Below are positions 16,881 through 27,005 of a stretch of 29,739 nucleotides of DNA, one piece after another; within the stretch, counting starts at the first letter, position 1, and every line of letters begins with the position of its first letter. The notes below the pieces were generated by a model. The model had not been told where the DNA came from. It was given only the letters and a program-made list of their open reading frames with translations, and ran no database searches. The translations under genes and the position numbers were made by a program. The DNA is from Bdellovibrionota bacterium (GTDB lineage Bacteria > Bdellovibrionota_C > UBA2361): contig JBILDU010000031.1 in the NCBI GenBank assembly GCA_044352465.1, positions 1 to 29,739 of the forward strand. Direction: 5' to 3'.

Positions 16881-19151
16881 ATGGAAGCGAAAGATTTTCA
16901 GATCGTTGAGAAACTCTACAAGAAGCTTGAGGCGGCGCACGCCGTGGCGCGGCAGAAATTTGGCCGTCCGTTGACCCTGACCGAGAAGATCCTGTTTGCG
17001 CATATCGCTGAATGGCCAGCCGATCTGCCGGTTCGGGGAACAACGACCCTCAAGCTCAACCCCGATCGGGTGGCGATGCAGGATGCCACCGCGCAGATGG
17101 CGATCCTTCAGTTTATGGTGACAGGGTGGGATACCGTGTGTGTGCCGACCACCGTTCACTGCGATCACCTCATTCAAGCTCGGGTAGGGGTCGATAAAGA
17201 TCTTCCCCGTGCTATCGATGAGAATAAAGAGGTCTATGAGTTTCTAAAATCTGCCTCGGAGCGTTACGGCATCGGCTTCTGGAAGGCGGGCTCCGGTATC
17301 ATCCATCAGGTGGTGCTCGAGCAATACGCATTTCCGGGTGGTCTTATGATCGGGACCGATTCCCACACCCCCAACGCAGGGGGGCTCGGTATGCTTGCTG
17401 TCGGTGTTGGGGGTGCCGATGCCGTTGATGTGATGGCGGGTCGTTCGTGGGGTGTTTTAAACCCGAAGATTATTGGGGTGCACCTTACCGGGAAGCTCAG
17501 TAAATGGGCTTCGCCGAAAGACGTCATTCTCAAGGTGGCAGGAGCTCTGACGGTCGAGGGGGGGACAGGAAAGATAGTCGAATATTTCGGCCCCGGGACT
17601 GCGAGCATCAGCTGCACCGGAAAAGCTACCATCACCAATATGGGTGCGGAGCTGGGGGCGACGACATCGGTATTCCCGTACGATGCCCGGATGTCGGCCT
17701 ATCTGAAGGAAACGAATCGGAAAGACGTCGCTGAGCTAGCCGATAAATACGCCGCGTTCCTGACGGCCGACCCGGAGGTCGCCCAGGAACCGAGTAAGTT
17801 CTACGACCAGATCCTCGAGATTGATCTCTCGACACTCGAGGCGCAGTGGGTGGGTCCCCACACCCCGGATCTCCTTCGCACAGCCGCCGAGATGAAGACG
17901 GTGGCACCTAAAGAGGAGATCCCCGAGGATATCACCTTCGCCCTTATCGGCTCGTGTACGAACTCGTCGTATGAGGATATTAGTCGTGCGGCGGCGATCG
18001 CCGCTGAAGCGAAGGCGCGGGGTCTTAAGACGAAGATTCCGCTCATGGTCACCCCTGGCTCTGATCAGGTGTTTAAGACGATCGAGCGGGACGGTTTTCT
18101 CAAGACCCTCACCGATGTCGGGGCGACCGTGCTCGCGAACGCCTGCGGTCCTTGTATCGGCCAGTGGAAGCGCGACGATATCAAACCGGGGCAGAAGAAT
18201 ACGATTGTGACGAGCTACAACCGTAACTTCAGAAAGCGCAACGATGGCAATGCCGAGACGCTCGCCTTTATCGGTTCGCCGGAGTTGGTGACGGCGGTGG
18301 CTTTCGCCGGCAAGATCACTTTTGATCCGCAGCGCGACACCTTGACCGATGCAAATGGACAGCGGTTCATGTTCTCAGAGCCCAAGGGGGAAGAGCTCCC
18401 GAGCAAGGGATTCGTCCTCAGCCGTGAGGGCTTCATCGCCCCACAGGAGAGTGTTGAGGCCCGCAAAAAGATCGCGGTGGCGATCGATCCCGCGAGCGAG
18501 CGGCTGTCTTTCTTGGAGCCATTTCCGGCGTGGGACGGGAAAGATATGGAGGAGCTTCCCGTTCTCATGAAGGCGAAAGGGAAGTGCACAACGGACCACA
18601 TCTCTCAGGCGGGGCCGTGGTTGAAGTATCGCGGCCACCTCGCAAACATATCGAATAATATGTTTATCGGGGCGACGAACGCCTTTACCGATGAGATCGG
18701 CAAGGGCAAGAATGTGGTGACCGGTGAGACCGGTATCGCCTATCCTGAGGTTGCAAAGGACTACAAGAAGCGAGGCCTTGGCTGGGTAGTGGTGGGGGAT
18801 CAGAACTACGGTGAGGGATCGTCCCGCGAACACGCGGCGATGTGCCCGCGGTTTCTAGGATGCCGCGCGGTTATCGTGAAAAGCTTCGCCCGTATCCACG
18901 AAACCAACCTCAAAGCTCAAGGTGTTTTACCGCTCACGTTTGTTGATCCAAACGCTTACGATACGATCGGCGAAGCTGACCGTATCTCCGTCAAGGGGCT
19001 GACAACCCTCGCTCCGGGCAAAGACTTGACCCTTGTCGTAACCGGTCCCGCCGGTCGGCGTGAGTTCGCCCTAAAGCATACCCTGAACGAGGAGCATATT
19101 CGCTGGTTTAAGGCAGGATCAGCGCTCAACGAGTTGCGGCCGAGAAGCTAG
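16881..19151 (+). CDS. Aconitate hydratase, mitochondrial-like type
   Basis: PDRVAMQDATAQMA, HCDHLI, GTDSHT, GSCTNSSYED, NACGPCIGQW, TTDHIS and NYGEGSSREHAA. The 756-aa length fits the mitochondrial-like group. Confidence 0.96.
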   Translation: MEAKDFQIVEKLYKKLEAAHAVARQKFGRPLTLTEKILFAHIAEWPADLPVRGTTTLKLNPDRVAMQDATAQMAILQFMVTGWDTVCVPTTVHCDHLIQARVGVDKDLPRAIDENKEVYEFLKSASERYGIGFWKAGSGIIHQVVLEQYAFPGGLMIGTDSHTPNAGGLGMLAVGVGGADAVDVMAGRSWGVLNPKIIGVHLTGKLSKWASPKDVILKVAGALTVEGGTGKIVEYFGPGTASISCTGKATITNMGAELGATTSVFPYDARMSAYLKETNRKDVAELADKYAAFLTADPEVAQEPSKFYDQILEIDLSTLEAQWVGPHTPDLLRTAAEMKTVAPKEEIPEDITFALIGSCTNSSYEDISRAAAIAAEAKARGLKTKIPLMVTPGSDQVFKTIERDGFLKTLTDVGATVLANACGPCIGQWKRDDIKPGQKNTIVTSYNRNFRKRNDGNAETLAFIGSPELVTAVAFAGKITFDPQRDTLTDANGQRFMFSEPKGEELPSKGFVLSREGFIAPQESVEARKKIAVAIDPASERLSFLEPFPAWDGKDMEELPVLMKAKGKCTTDHISQAGPWLKYRGHLANISNNMFIGATNAFTDEIGKGKNVVTGETGIAYPEVAKDYKKRGLGWVVVGDQNYGEGSSREHAAMCPRFLGCRAVIVKSFARIHETNLKAQGVLPLTFVDPNAYDTIGEADRISVKGLTTLAPGKDLTLVVTGPAGRREFALKHTLNEEHIRWFKAGSALNELRPRS

Positions 19152-19198
19152 CTGCTCTGCCGCACCATAGGCCGGGGGACCCATTTCACCGGGGGGAG

Positions 19199-19227
19199 AT
19201 GAAAAACACCTCCCGTTCAGCTATACT
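19199..19227 (+). promoter_or_regulatory. Putative sigma70 promoter for the NAD kinase-like gene
   Basis: ATGAAA-N17-TATACT. Confidence 0.45.
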
Positions 19228-19305
19228 GCAGCAACGGCGAGGAAAAACCGGCGGGGACAGACTCCCAAACGCTGAATTCCAAGCTCGCTGTCTGCAAGCT
19301 GTCCT

Positions 19306-20541
19306 ATGGAACCGCGACCGAGCGAACAAATCGACCCGACCCCCCGAGGGCTTCAGGCTTTGGGGGACTTGGCCACGCCGGCTGGATTCCAGGCCCTTCG
19401 TGATACGCTTGGTCGTCTTGCCCCCGATACGATCGCGGGTAATGAGCGGATTAAAAATTTTCTCGCAAAGCTCGGTGAACTGCGCGTGGAAATTCCAGAG
19501 CTCTTGCGCGATCTCGCGCAGACCGGCCCTGAGGAAGCGCGAGGACCGCTCTTGCGGGTCCCGGAGGGTGGAGCGGTTCCACAATTCGTGCGCGATCCAC
19601 ATCCGATCGATCTTGAACGGGTACTGGTGGTGACCAAGCAGTCGAAGGTCCAGTACGATATGGCGCGGTACGGGTGGACCGACGCGCAACTACAAGAAGA
19701 GTATGCGCGCGGCCCGGAGGATAAAACACGGATCCTCAAGAGCCATCAACGCCAGATGGCAGCGCTCGATGTCCTCTCCAGCTACATCTCGCCGGAGCGG
19801 ATCGTCTCACGGAATGCGCTTCGCCCCGCCGATATCGCCGCTGCTTCGCTGGTCATCGCCTTCGGGGGAGATAACCATCTTCAATTCGTATCCCACGCTA
19901 TCGACGATGAGACACCACTCTGGGGGATGAATTCCGATCCGCAGACGAGTTTCGGGGCGCTTCTGGGCGGGAATATCAAGGACCTTCCCCCCGCACTAGG
20001 GGCGTTGTCGCGGGGGGAATATCGTTTCGAGCCGTGGACCAGGCTGCGGGTGGAGATCGATGGACGACCGCTCCCGTCCGCTCTCTGTGATGTCTATATC
20101 GGTGAGCGGGAGCGAAAGTATATGTCGCGTCATCGTCTTGAGGTGACCGATGACACGGGGAGAAAAGCCTCACTTGAGCAGAAGTCGTCAGGGATGCTTG
20201 TGATAACAGGGGCTGGCTCATCAGGATGGGCGAGAAGTGCGGGGCGATATCTGCACGGTGGTGATTGCGATTTCCCCCGTGAATCGCGCTACAGCCGTTT
20301 TCTTCTCACCGAGCCATCCTTAGCTATCCCCGGTGCTGAAGATCCGCCGCGGCAGAGTGCTCTGCCCACGCTATGCAACGGCATCCTTCTCGAAGGTGAA
20401 AGTCTAGTCGTCCATTCGCTCAACGATAGCGATGGGATCGTTAGTATCGATTCCCTTGAGGAGGTGCAGTTTCCGCGCGGGCGAACCGTGACGGTACGGC
20501 TCGATTCGCAACCGCTTTGGGTGCCCGTAGTGGCGCTCTAA
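19306..20541 (+). CDS. NAD kinase family protein, NADK2-like, with ~100-aa N-terminal extension
   Basis: VLVVTKQSK, VIAFGGDNH, WGMNSDPQTSFGAL, ALCDVYIGE and EQKSSGMLVITGAGSSGW. Confidence 0.85.
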   Translation: MEPRPSEQIDPTPRGLQALGDLATPAGFQALRDTLGRLAPDTIAGNERIKNFLAKLGELRVEIPELLRDLAQTGPEEARGPLLRVPEGGAVPQFVRDPHPIDLERVLVVTKQSKVQYDMARYGWTDAQLQEEYARGPEDKTRILKSHQRQMAALDVLSSYISPERIVSRNALRPADIAAASLVIAFGGDNHLQFVSHAIDDETPLWGMNSDPQTSFGALLGGNIKDLPPALGALSRGEYRFEPWTRLRVEIDGRPLPSALCDVYIGERERKYMSRHRLEVTDDTGRKASLEQKSSGMLVITGAGSSGWARSAGRYLHGGDCDFPRESRYSRFLLTEPSLAIPGAEDPPRQSALPTLCNGILLEGESLVVHSLNDSDGIVSIDSLEEVQFPRGRTVTVRLDSQPLWVPVVAL

Positions 20542-20679
20542 GCTTGCACCGTTCGGGTTAGTGCAAGTGGGCCACCGTGGGATCGAAGCGGCTGCATCCC
20601 CGGCAATCTCGGGCACTTAAGCCTATCTTCGTACCTACAGTGGCGGTTCGGCCTGAGAGGGAAAAAGAGCGCCAAATTC

Positions 20680-20707
20680 TAAGCTGTTTCTCAAACTTAG
20701 CCGTTTA
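20680..20707 (+). promoter_or_regulatory. Putative sigma28 (FliA) promoter
   Basis: TAAG-N16-GCCGTTTA versus consensus TAAA-N15/16-GCCGATAA, about 80 nt upstream of the flagellin gene. Confidence 0.5.
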
Positions 20708-20786
20708 CAGGGGTGGGGCCTCTTGCGGGTAGCGTGTACCTCGCTCACGCACGCCCCTTATTCCGCGACGGAACGCGGGAGGTGTA

Positions 20787-22607
20787 GTGGCTGTACGGAT
20801 AGGCAGTAATATATCGTCGCTGCAGGCGCAACGCCGCGTCGGCGAAGCCACATCGTCGGTGGGTGCGAGCCTATCGCGCCTCTCCTCCGGTCAACGAGTT
20901 AACCGCGCCTCCGACGACGCGGCGGGGCTCGCAATCGCTGATACCCTCCGCACCCGCCGTACGGTGTACGACCGCGGTGCTAAAAACGTGAGCGACGGCG
21001 TGAGCCTCCTTACTATCGCCGATTCAGCGATTGGAGAGCTCGCGGGGCTCACGACCCGAATCCTCGAACTCGCCGAGCAAGGGGCGAACGGGGTTTACTC
21101 TGTGGCCCAACGGAAGGCGATGGATACCGAGGCGCAACGGCTTCGGGACGAGTTCCTCCGCATCTCTCGCTCGACTCAGTTCAACGGGCTGAACCTCTTC
21201 GACGGCTCGATCCAAGGGTTGCGTATCCAAGCTGGTTTGGGTGTCGATGGGGGTGTCGCCTCATCGCTCGGTGGGAAGCTCGGGAGTGGGTACGTTGTCG
21301 ATGGATCGGGCCAGACTATTCTTGGGAACGTTCAGAGTTCAACGGTTGCGGATTTTAGTGGAGACGGGGTCACCGATGTCGTAGGCTGGGCGGGCGCGGG
21401 GCTCGCTTTTCAGGCCGGTCTTGGGAACGGAACATTCTCCGCTGCGACGACCTTGACAACCAGTGCCACACCGTACGGTTTCGAAGCCGCGGATTTCAAT
21501 AACGATGGGGCGCTTGACCTCGTTGGTGCGGTAGGTACCGCAACCCTCTCGGTCTTTCTTAATAATCGGGTGGGTGGTTTTAACCCGGCAACGAGCGTCA
21601 CCACCGGGGGAGCGGCGTCGTTGATTGCCGTCGTCGATGCCAACAGCGACGGTCGGATGGACATCGTTACTGCCACGAACAACCTCGCCGGAAACGATAC
21701 GTTATCGCTGTTGCTTGGAAACGGTTCGGGGGGCTTCGCCGCACCGAGTACTATCTCCCTTGGGACCGGGTTTGATCCGAATGCTCTGGAGGCGGGAGAT
21801 TTTAATGGGGATGGAGTGACCGATCTCTTACTACTGTCTAATGCTGGTTCGTCCGTGGTGTATCGAGGAAACGGCGTTGGGGGCTTCACCCTCCAGAACT
21901 CTACAAGTGGACCGTATCTTAACGCCACCGTGGGCGATTTTAACGGCGATGGGATCTCCGATTTCGCCCAGAGTGATGCGGGGACTGTGGAGGTGTGGCT
22001 CGGGTCCCAAAGCGGTACTTTCACCCTATCCTCGTCGTTATCTGGTAATCAAGTCGGTGTCGGCGATATGAACGGTGATAGCGCGCTCGATATTATCACC
22101 ACCGATGGCGATAATAACTCTTTCTCGATTCTCCTTGGGAACGGTAGTGGTGGGTTTTCCGATTCGGGGATGCAAGGAGTTGGATTTCTTCCAAGCATCG
22201 CCACCGGTGATGTCGATGGTGACGGGGTGACCGATATCGTGGCGAGTGGTTATACCCCGTTTCTCGGCAAGACTCGGGACGGCATCAACCCGATTCAGCC
22301 GTTCTCACTCCTTACCCAGGCGGATGCGCGCCAAGCGATAGCTCCGCTCACCCGTAAGCTTGAGGAGCTCAGTAAACAGCGGGGCGTTATCGGCGCCTTT
22401 CAATCCCGCCTCGCGAGCGCGTCGCTCAGCGCCTCATCTCAAAGCGACGGATTTCGGGCGGCGGAGTCGCGGATTCGGGATGTCGATGTAGCGCAGGAGG
22501 CTGCCCGGCTCGTCGGCTCTCAGATCCGGCAACAAGCTGCCACTGCGGTTCTCGCGCAGGCGAATCTCCAGCCGAGCCTCGCACTTCAGCTGCTCGCAAT
22601 TTCCTAA
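20787..22607 (+). CDS. Flagellin with seven inserted FG-GAP/VCBS repeats
   Basis: N-terminus has RLSSGQRVNRASDDAAGLAI and TQFNG.NL; C-terminus has RGVIGAFQSRL, ESRIRDVDVAQE and VLAQAN. The centre holds seven DxxxDGxxD-type repeats. RBS GGAGGT. Confidence 0.93.
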   Translation: MAVRIGSNISSLQAQRRVGEATSSVGASLSRLSSGQRVNRASDDAAGLAIADTLRTRRTVYDRGAKNVSDGVSLLTIADSAIGELAGLTTRILELAEQGANGVYSVAQRKAMDTEAQRLRDEFLRISRSTQFNGLNLFDGSIQGLRIQAGLGVDGGVASSLGGKLGSGYVVDGSGQTILGNVQSSTVADFSGDGVTDVVGWAGAGLAFQAGLGNGTFSAATTLTTSATPYGFEAADFNNDGALDLVGAVGTATLSVFLNNRVGGFNPATSVTTGGAASLIAVVDANSDGRMDIVTATNNLAGNDTLSLLLGNGSGGFAAPSTISLGTGFDPNALEAGDFNGDGVTDLLLLSNAGSSVVYRGNGVGGFTLQNSTSGPYLNATVGDFNGDGISDFAQSDAGTVEVWLGSQSGTFTLSSSLSGNQVGVGDMNGDSALDIITTDGDNNSFSILLGNGSGGFSDSGMQGVGFLPSIATGDVDGDGVTDIVASGYTPFLGKTRDGINPIQPFSLLTQADARQAIAPLTRKLEELSKQRGVIGAFQSRLASASLSASSQSDGFRAAESRIRDVDVAQEAARLVGSQIRQQAATAVLAQANLQPSLALQLLAIS

Positions 22608-22712
22608 GAGCACGGGATAACGGTCTCCTGACAATACGGGCTGTTTTCAAAGATATCGTGTATGGTTTACGAGGGACCACCGTTCCCGCCATCTTTTATA
22701 CGAGAGAGATTT

Positions 22713-24722
22713 ATGAACCGCCTCGGTCGTGAAAAGAGTCCGTATCTTCTCCAGCACAAGGATAACCCGGTTGATTGGTACCCGTGGGGAGAGGAGGCGT
22801 TTGAGGTCGCACGCCGGGAAGATAAGCCGATATTCCTCTCGATCGGGTACTCTACCTGCTACTGGTGTCATGTCATGGAGAAGGATTCGTTCGAGACTGC
22901 GGAGATCGCGCAGGTCTTGAACCAGTACTTTGTCAGTATCAAGGTTGATCGGGAGGAGCGCCCCGATCTCGACCAGATCTACATGGATGCGGTGGTTGGG
23001 CTCACTGGCCATGGTGGCTGGCCGATGACCGTCTTTTTGACCCCGGATAAGAAGCCCTTCTGGGGGGGCACTTTTTTTTATCGCAAGCAATTTCTCGAGA
23101 TACTCGGCAAGCTCCACGTGGTGTGGCGCGATGAGCGGAGTCGTATCCTCAGCGCCGCTGATGGTATAACGGCCGCACTTTCGGAGCGGGTAATTTCACC
23201 TGCGGGGAGTGACGCCCCGTTGTCGCTCGAGATCTTCGAGCGCGCGGTGCGACGATTCGAGGAGAGCTTCGACGATACCGATGGGGGCTTTGGCGGTGCG
23301 CCCAAATTCCCCCCGTCTCAGCAGCTGCGGTTCTTGCTTCGCGACTACCATCGTTCGGGGCGGGGCGAGTCTCTCGCGATGGTGGAGACGACCCTCGACC
23401 GCATGATGCGGGGGGGAATCTACGATCATCTGGGGGGCGGTTTTTCAAGGTATGCAACCGATGCACGGTGGATTGTGCCCCACTTTGAGAAGATGTTGTA
23501 CGACAACGCACTTTTGGCGGTGACATACCTTGAGGCCTTTCAGGTGACGAAGAAATCCGAATATCGGGTAATCGTGGAGGAGATCTTGAGTTATGTCGGG
23601 TCGGTCTTAAGCTCGCCCGAAGGGGGGTTCTTCTCCGCTGAGGATGCGGGCGAGGTTGGCAAAGAGGGAGAGTTCTATGTTTTCTCCCCAGACGAGCTCT
23701 CCACTTTTCTATCTGGAGAGGAATACGCCCTTGCTGAGCGGGTCTTCGGGTTAAGTGACGTAGGAAATTTTGAGCAGGGTACGACGATTCTCAACGTCCC
23801 GCGCGGTATCGATTGGAGCGAGCGAGACTCGGATGTAGCGCGGGCTCTCCGGGCGAAGTTACTTGCACTCAGGAGCACACGATCCCGACCGCATCTCGAC
23901 GATAAGGTTCTCACGTCGTGGAACGGGATGATGATGACGGCGTTTGCTCGCGCCGGGATGATACTTGGAGAGCCGCAGTATCTTGCGCGGGCCAAAGCTG
24001 CAGCGACATTCATCGAGTCGAAGCTTATGCGCGGGGAGGTCCTGCTCCACCGTTACCGAGACGGAGAGGGGGCGATCGAGGGAACGCTCGATGATTATGC
24101 GTTCTTTATCGAAGCGCTGCTGTCGCTCTACGTCGCCGATAGCGACCCCCATTGGGTACGCCTCGCGGTGCAGCTCCAGGCAAAGCAAGATGACCTTCTT
24201 TTTGATCGCGAGGGTGGGGGATATTTTTACAGCGCGGCACCCGATCTTTTGCTTCGGAAGAAGGAAGTTTTGGACGGTGCCACGCCCGCAGCTAACTCGG
24301 TTGCGGCGGACAATCTCGTTCGACTTTTTGAGCTTACCGGGGAGTCTCGCTACCTTGAGCGGGCGCAAGCGACCGTGGGGTCTCTTGGTCCGGTTTTCGA
24401 ACGCCATCCGAGCGCGGTACCGCGATTACTCCTCGTTGTGGATGCTCTGCTCGGGCCTCGAACAACCGTTGTCGTCGTACCCGCCTCTGATGGCAGGGGC
24501 GTACGTCTCCTCCGTGCAGCGCGCCGTGAGTTCCTCCCCCGAGTTCTTATCGTTGAGGCGTTAGGTCACGAGGAGCCGGCGGTTGTGCGCGGGAAGATAT
24601 GCCGTTCCGAAGGCTCCACGGCCTATTACTGCACCGATGACGGATGCTCCGCCCCCTTAGTTGATTTCGATAGTATTTTCGATGTCTTGGGAGGTGGATC
24701 GTCGGCCGGTGCGGTGCCTTAA
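22713..24722 (+). CDS. YyaL/SSP411 (SPATA20-like) thioredoxin-domain protein
   Basis: [42 protein letters not shown] and [10 protein letters not shown]. Confidence 0.95.
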   Translation: MNRLGREKSPYLLQHKDNPVDWYPWGEEAFEVARREDKPIFLSIGYSTCYWCHVMEKDSFETAEIAQVLNQYFVSIKVDREERPDLDQIYMDAVVGLTGHGGWPMTVFLTPDKKPFWGGTFFYRKQFLEILGKLHVVWRDERSRILSAADGITAALSERVISPAGSDAPLSLEIFERAVRRFEESFDDTDGGFGGAPKFPPSQQLRFLLRDYHRSGRGESLAMVETTLDRMMRGGIYDHLGGGFSRYATDARWIVPHFEKMLYDNALLAVTYLEAFQVTKKSEYRVIVEEILSYVGSVLSSPEGGFFSAEDAGEVGKEGEFYVFSPDELSTFLSGEEYALAERVFGLSDVGNFEQGTTILNVPRGIDWSERDSDVARALRAKLLALRSTRSRPHLDDKVLTSWNGMMMTAFARAGMILGEPQYLARAKAAATFIESKLMRGEVLLHRYRDGEGAIEGTLDDYAFFIEALLSLYVADSDPHWVRLAVQLQAKQDDLLFDREGGGYFYSAAPDLLLRKKEVLDGATPAANSVAADNLVRLFELTGESRYLERAQATVGSLGPVFERHPSAVPRLLLVVDALLGPRTTVVVVPASDGRGVRLLRAARREFLPRVLIVEALGHEEPAVVRGKICRSEGSTAYYCTDDGCSAPLVDFDSIFDVLGGGSSAGAVP

Positions 24723-24772
24723 CTGATAATTGTCATCTATGTTAGGGTTCTGTTTGGACGTATACTACCGCC

Positions 24773-25726
24773 ATGGGAATAGATCCAAGCCAGCCGAAAG
24801 GCGAAGGCCCCGAGCAGTCCCCCGCGTCATCCAACGACCAACGACCCGCTGAAGGTGTAGCCGGAATCTCGGATTCGGATTTGTCAGCGCTATTCGATGG
24901 CGACTTTGAACCGATTGATCCGATTTACCGTGCCTTAGGAATAGACCCCGATGGGATCGTGGCGGAGCACCTCGAGGCCGAGGTGATGGACTCCCTTGGA
25001 AAGCGGATGCCCGAGAGTATGCTCCGCCGAGCCATGCCCCGTGTCCTCGGTGAAACTGAGGACGGGAGGGTCGTGGTCGCCCTCGAATTCCGTCGCCCGG
25101 AGGGTAGTCTTATCCCAGCGGCCCACCTTGTTGAGGGCCCCGATCCGGCGGAGCCGGGTGGTTTTCGGGGTAGGGGTTCCGATCTCCCGAACAAGAAGGT
25201 GGTTACCACCATCGCCGGTAACGGAGCGCTCAATGAGGGTGATTGGGAGCGCGTATCGGGGCAGGTGACGGTTATCCTTACGCAGCGCTATCCGGGCCAG
25301 TCCTCTGATGGCTTTACGATGCAGCTTACCGTTAACTCAATGAGCGGCGTCGCGGCGCTTTTTTCCTCGATAGAGTTGAAAGAGAGAAACGGTCAGCCGT
25401 CAGCCGCTCGTACGTTGCTCGATCGTTTTATCGCTGGGCGCATCGGGGCAGAAACAGGGGATCGGGAGTCGCCGCCCGATTACATACTCATCACTCCGCT
25501 TACGCAAAGTGAAGATGGGGTAGCAAAGCTCTCGGTCGTCGTGGCGGCGACGTTACGAGGTGACGATTATCATTCGGCGCTTGAGGGGATGGAGATCGAA
25601 GTGGGGCTCTCCACAGCGAAGTTACTCACCATCAAGGGGGGGACGTGGTACAACCGCGGTTCCGCAGCACTCTACGTTCAGGAGCTTGAGCGGCGCGAAC
25701 GCCAGCATCGCAAAGATGCGGAATGA
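24773..25726 (+). CDS. Hypothetical protein with a disordered acidic N-terminus
   Basis: 317-aa ORF fills the gap between YyaL and the REP cluster; TATACT lies 6 nt upstream of the ATG. No family recognised. Confidence 0.75.
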   Translation: MGIDPSQPKGEGPEQSPASSNDQRPAEGVAGISDSDLSALFDGDFEPIDPIYRALGIDPDGIVAEHLEAEVMDSLGKRMPESMLRRAMPRVLGETEDGRVVVALEFRRPEGSLIPAAHLVEGPDPAEPGGFRGRGSDLPNKKVVTTIAGNGALNEGDWERVSGQVTVILTQRYPGQSSDGFTMQLTVNSMSGVAALFSSIELKERNGQPSAARTLLDRFIAGRIGAETGDRESPPDYILITPLTQSEDGVAKLSVVVAATLRGDDYHSALEGMEIEVGLSTAKLLTIKGGTWYNRGSAALYVQELERRERQHRKDAE

Positions 25727-25748
25727 ACGCCTGAATCGAGCGACCGGA

Positions 25749-25939
25749 GGAGGGCTCGCCTCTGTCGAGCCGTGCTCGTGTTACCGGTAGCGCCACGGCC
25801 GGACAGAGTCCGGCCCTCCACGCTGCGTTGCAATTACCCACGGCAGCGTTGAACTCTCTGACCTTATGGAGGGTTCGCCTCTGTCGAGCCTTGCGTGTAT
25901 CACCGCTGACGCTTTGGCCGGACAGAGTCCGGCCCTCCA
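25749..25939. repeat. Two tandem REP doublets (REPIN/BIME-like)
   Basis: GGAGGG(C/T)TCGCCTCTGTCGAGCC at 25749 and 25868, each paired with an inverted GGCCGGACAGAGTCCGGCCCTCCA at 25797 and 25916. Period 119 bp; between convergent genes. Confidence 0.85.
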
Positions 25940-25976
25940 AGGCCGTGCTTGAATCACCGGCTCGGTGGTCTCGGTC

Positions 25977-26834
25977 TTAACCCAGACGGGTGTGAACGAG
26001 GAATCCCGCCGGCAAGATACGCGGGGAGTCCTCCTCCCGCATGGAGAGCTCCCCAAGCTCGATCGAATGGGGGGTGCCGTGAAGTTCATCGATTAAAAGA
26101 TTACGGAAGGTGTGGGCACCCAGCTCGAAGTGGTGAGAGGTAAGAAAGAGCTCTCCTCCGGTGGGCTCGAGAACGGCAAGCAGGAGTCGGACGAGCTCTT
26201 GAGAAACTTCATCCAGTGACCAGGTTTTCTTCGCGGTGATCCGGCTAAAGCTCGGCGGGTCGGCGATGATGATGTCGTACCGTTGCTCCTTCTTCGCTTG
26301 GCGTGCGAGGTAGATGAGTGCATCTTCAGGAATCAGCCGTACCGCACCCTCCGGAAGCTCATTTGCAGCGATGTTCTCCCTGGCCCAGTCGAGCGCCCGT
26401 TTGGCGAGATCGAGGTGAGTAACGGAGGCTCCGGCTTTTGCTGCTACCATGCTCGCCATGCCGGTGTAGGCAAACAAGTTTAAGACCTGTACCGCGCCTT
26501 GCGTGGAGCGAAGCTCTCCGATTCGAGCCTTGACCGCCTCGAGGTAGGCGGCGTGCTCTGGAAAGATACCGATTTGGCCGTTCGTCTGGGGGCGCAGGAC
26601 AAGGGTGCAGAGGTCGCTGTCGAATCGCCACGAATCAAAGGGGGTGCCGCGAAAACTCCAGCCTCTCTCGGGGTCGAAAGCTGCATCCGCATTCGTCCAC
26701 CGCTCTCTGGGGAGCCGCTGTTTCCACACGCTTAAACTGCTCGGTCGGACGATCGACTTGTCCCCAAAGCGCTCGAGCTTGAGGCCGTGGCCCGAGTCGA
26801 GGAGGGCATAACTTTCTGAAAATGGCGGTTTCAT
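25977..26834 (-). CDS. Class I SAM-dependent methyltransferase, RlmI/RlmK-like (COG1092)
   Basis: YALLDSG.G.KLERFG, GIFPEH, VLNLFAYTG, WARENIAAN and IIADPPSF. Confidence 0.88.
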   Translation of the reverse strand: MKPPFSESYALLDSGHGLKLERFGDKSIVRPSSLSVWKQRLPRERWTNADAAFDPERGWSFRGTPFDSWRFDSDLCTLVLRPQTNGQIGIFPEHAAYLEAVKARIGELRSTQGAVQVLNLFAYTGMASMVAAKAGASVTHLDLAKRALDWARENIAANELPEGAVRLIPEDALIYLARQAKKEQRYDIIIADPPSFSRITAKKTWSLDEVSQELVRLLLAVLEPTGGELFLTSHHFELGAHTFRNLLIDELHGTPHSIELGELSMREEDSPRILPAGFLVHTRLG

Positions 26835-27005
26835 GTCTTGGAGAGCACTCTAAAGATCTTTCGTAGATCCGTCCAGGGAGGCCCTATAATCGTTCTAAAA
26901 AAGGAGGAGCGTCTATTTATTAAGGGCGTCGAAGGGGCGTCCGACCTAGAGGGGGCACGGTGTGGTGGTGTCGTGCAAGGTGAATCTTCGAGGGGAAGGG
27001 ATGCT

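Noticed and set aside
16041..17177. 378-aa minus-strand ORF
   Set aside because: Antisense shadow of the PP2C-like and aconitase genes, with no recognisable motifs.
25749..25939. Repeat cluster as a mini CRISPR array
   Set aside because: Units alternate in orientation, the intervening segments are partly similar to each other, and no cas genes are present. It fits REP doublets.
26838..27005. N-terminal extension of the zinc-ribbon protein
   Set aside because: It covers the divergent promoter region; the RBS and MKCPxC start are at 27006.
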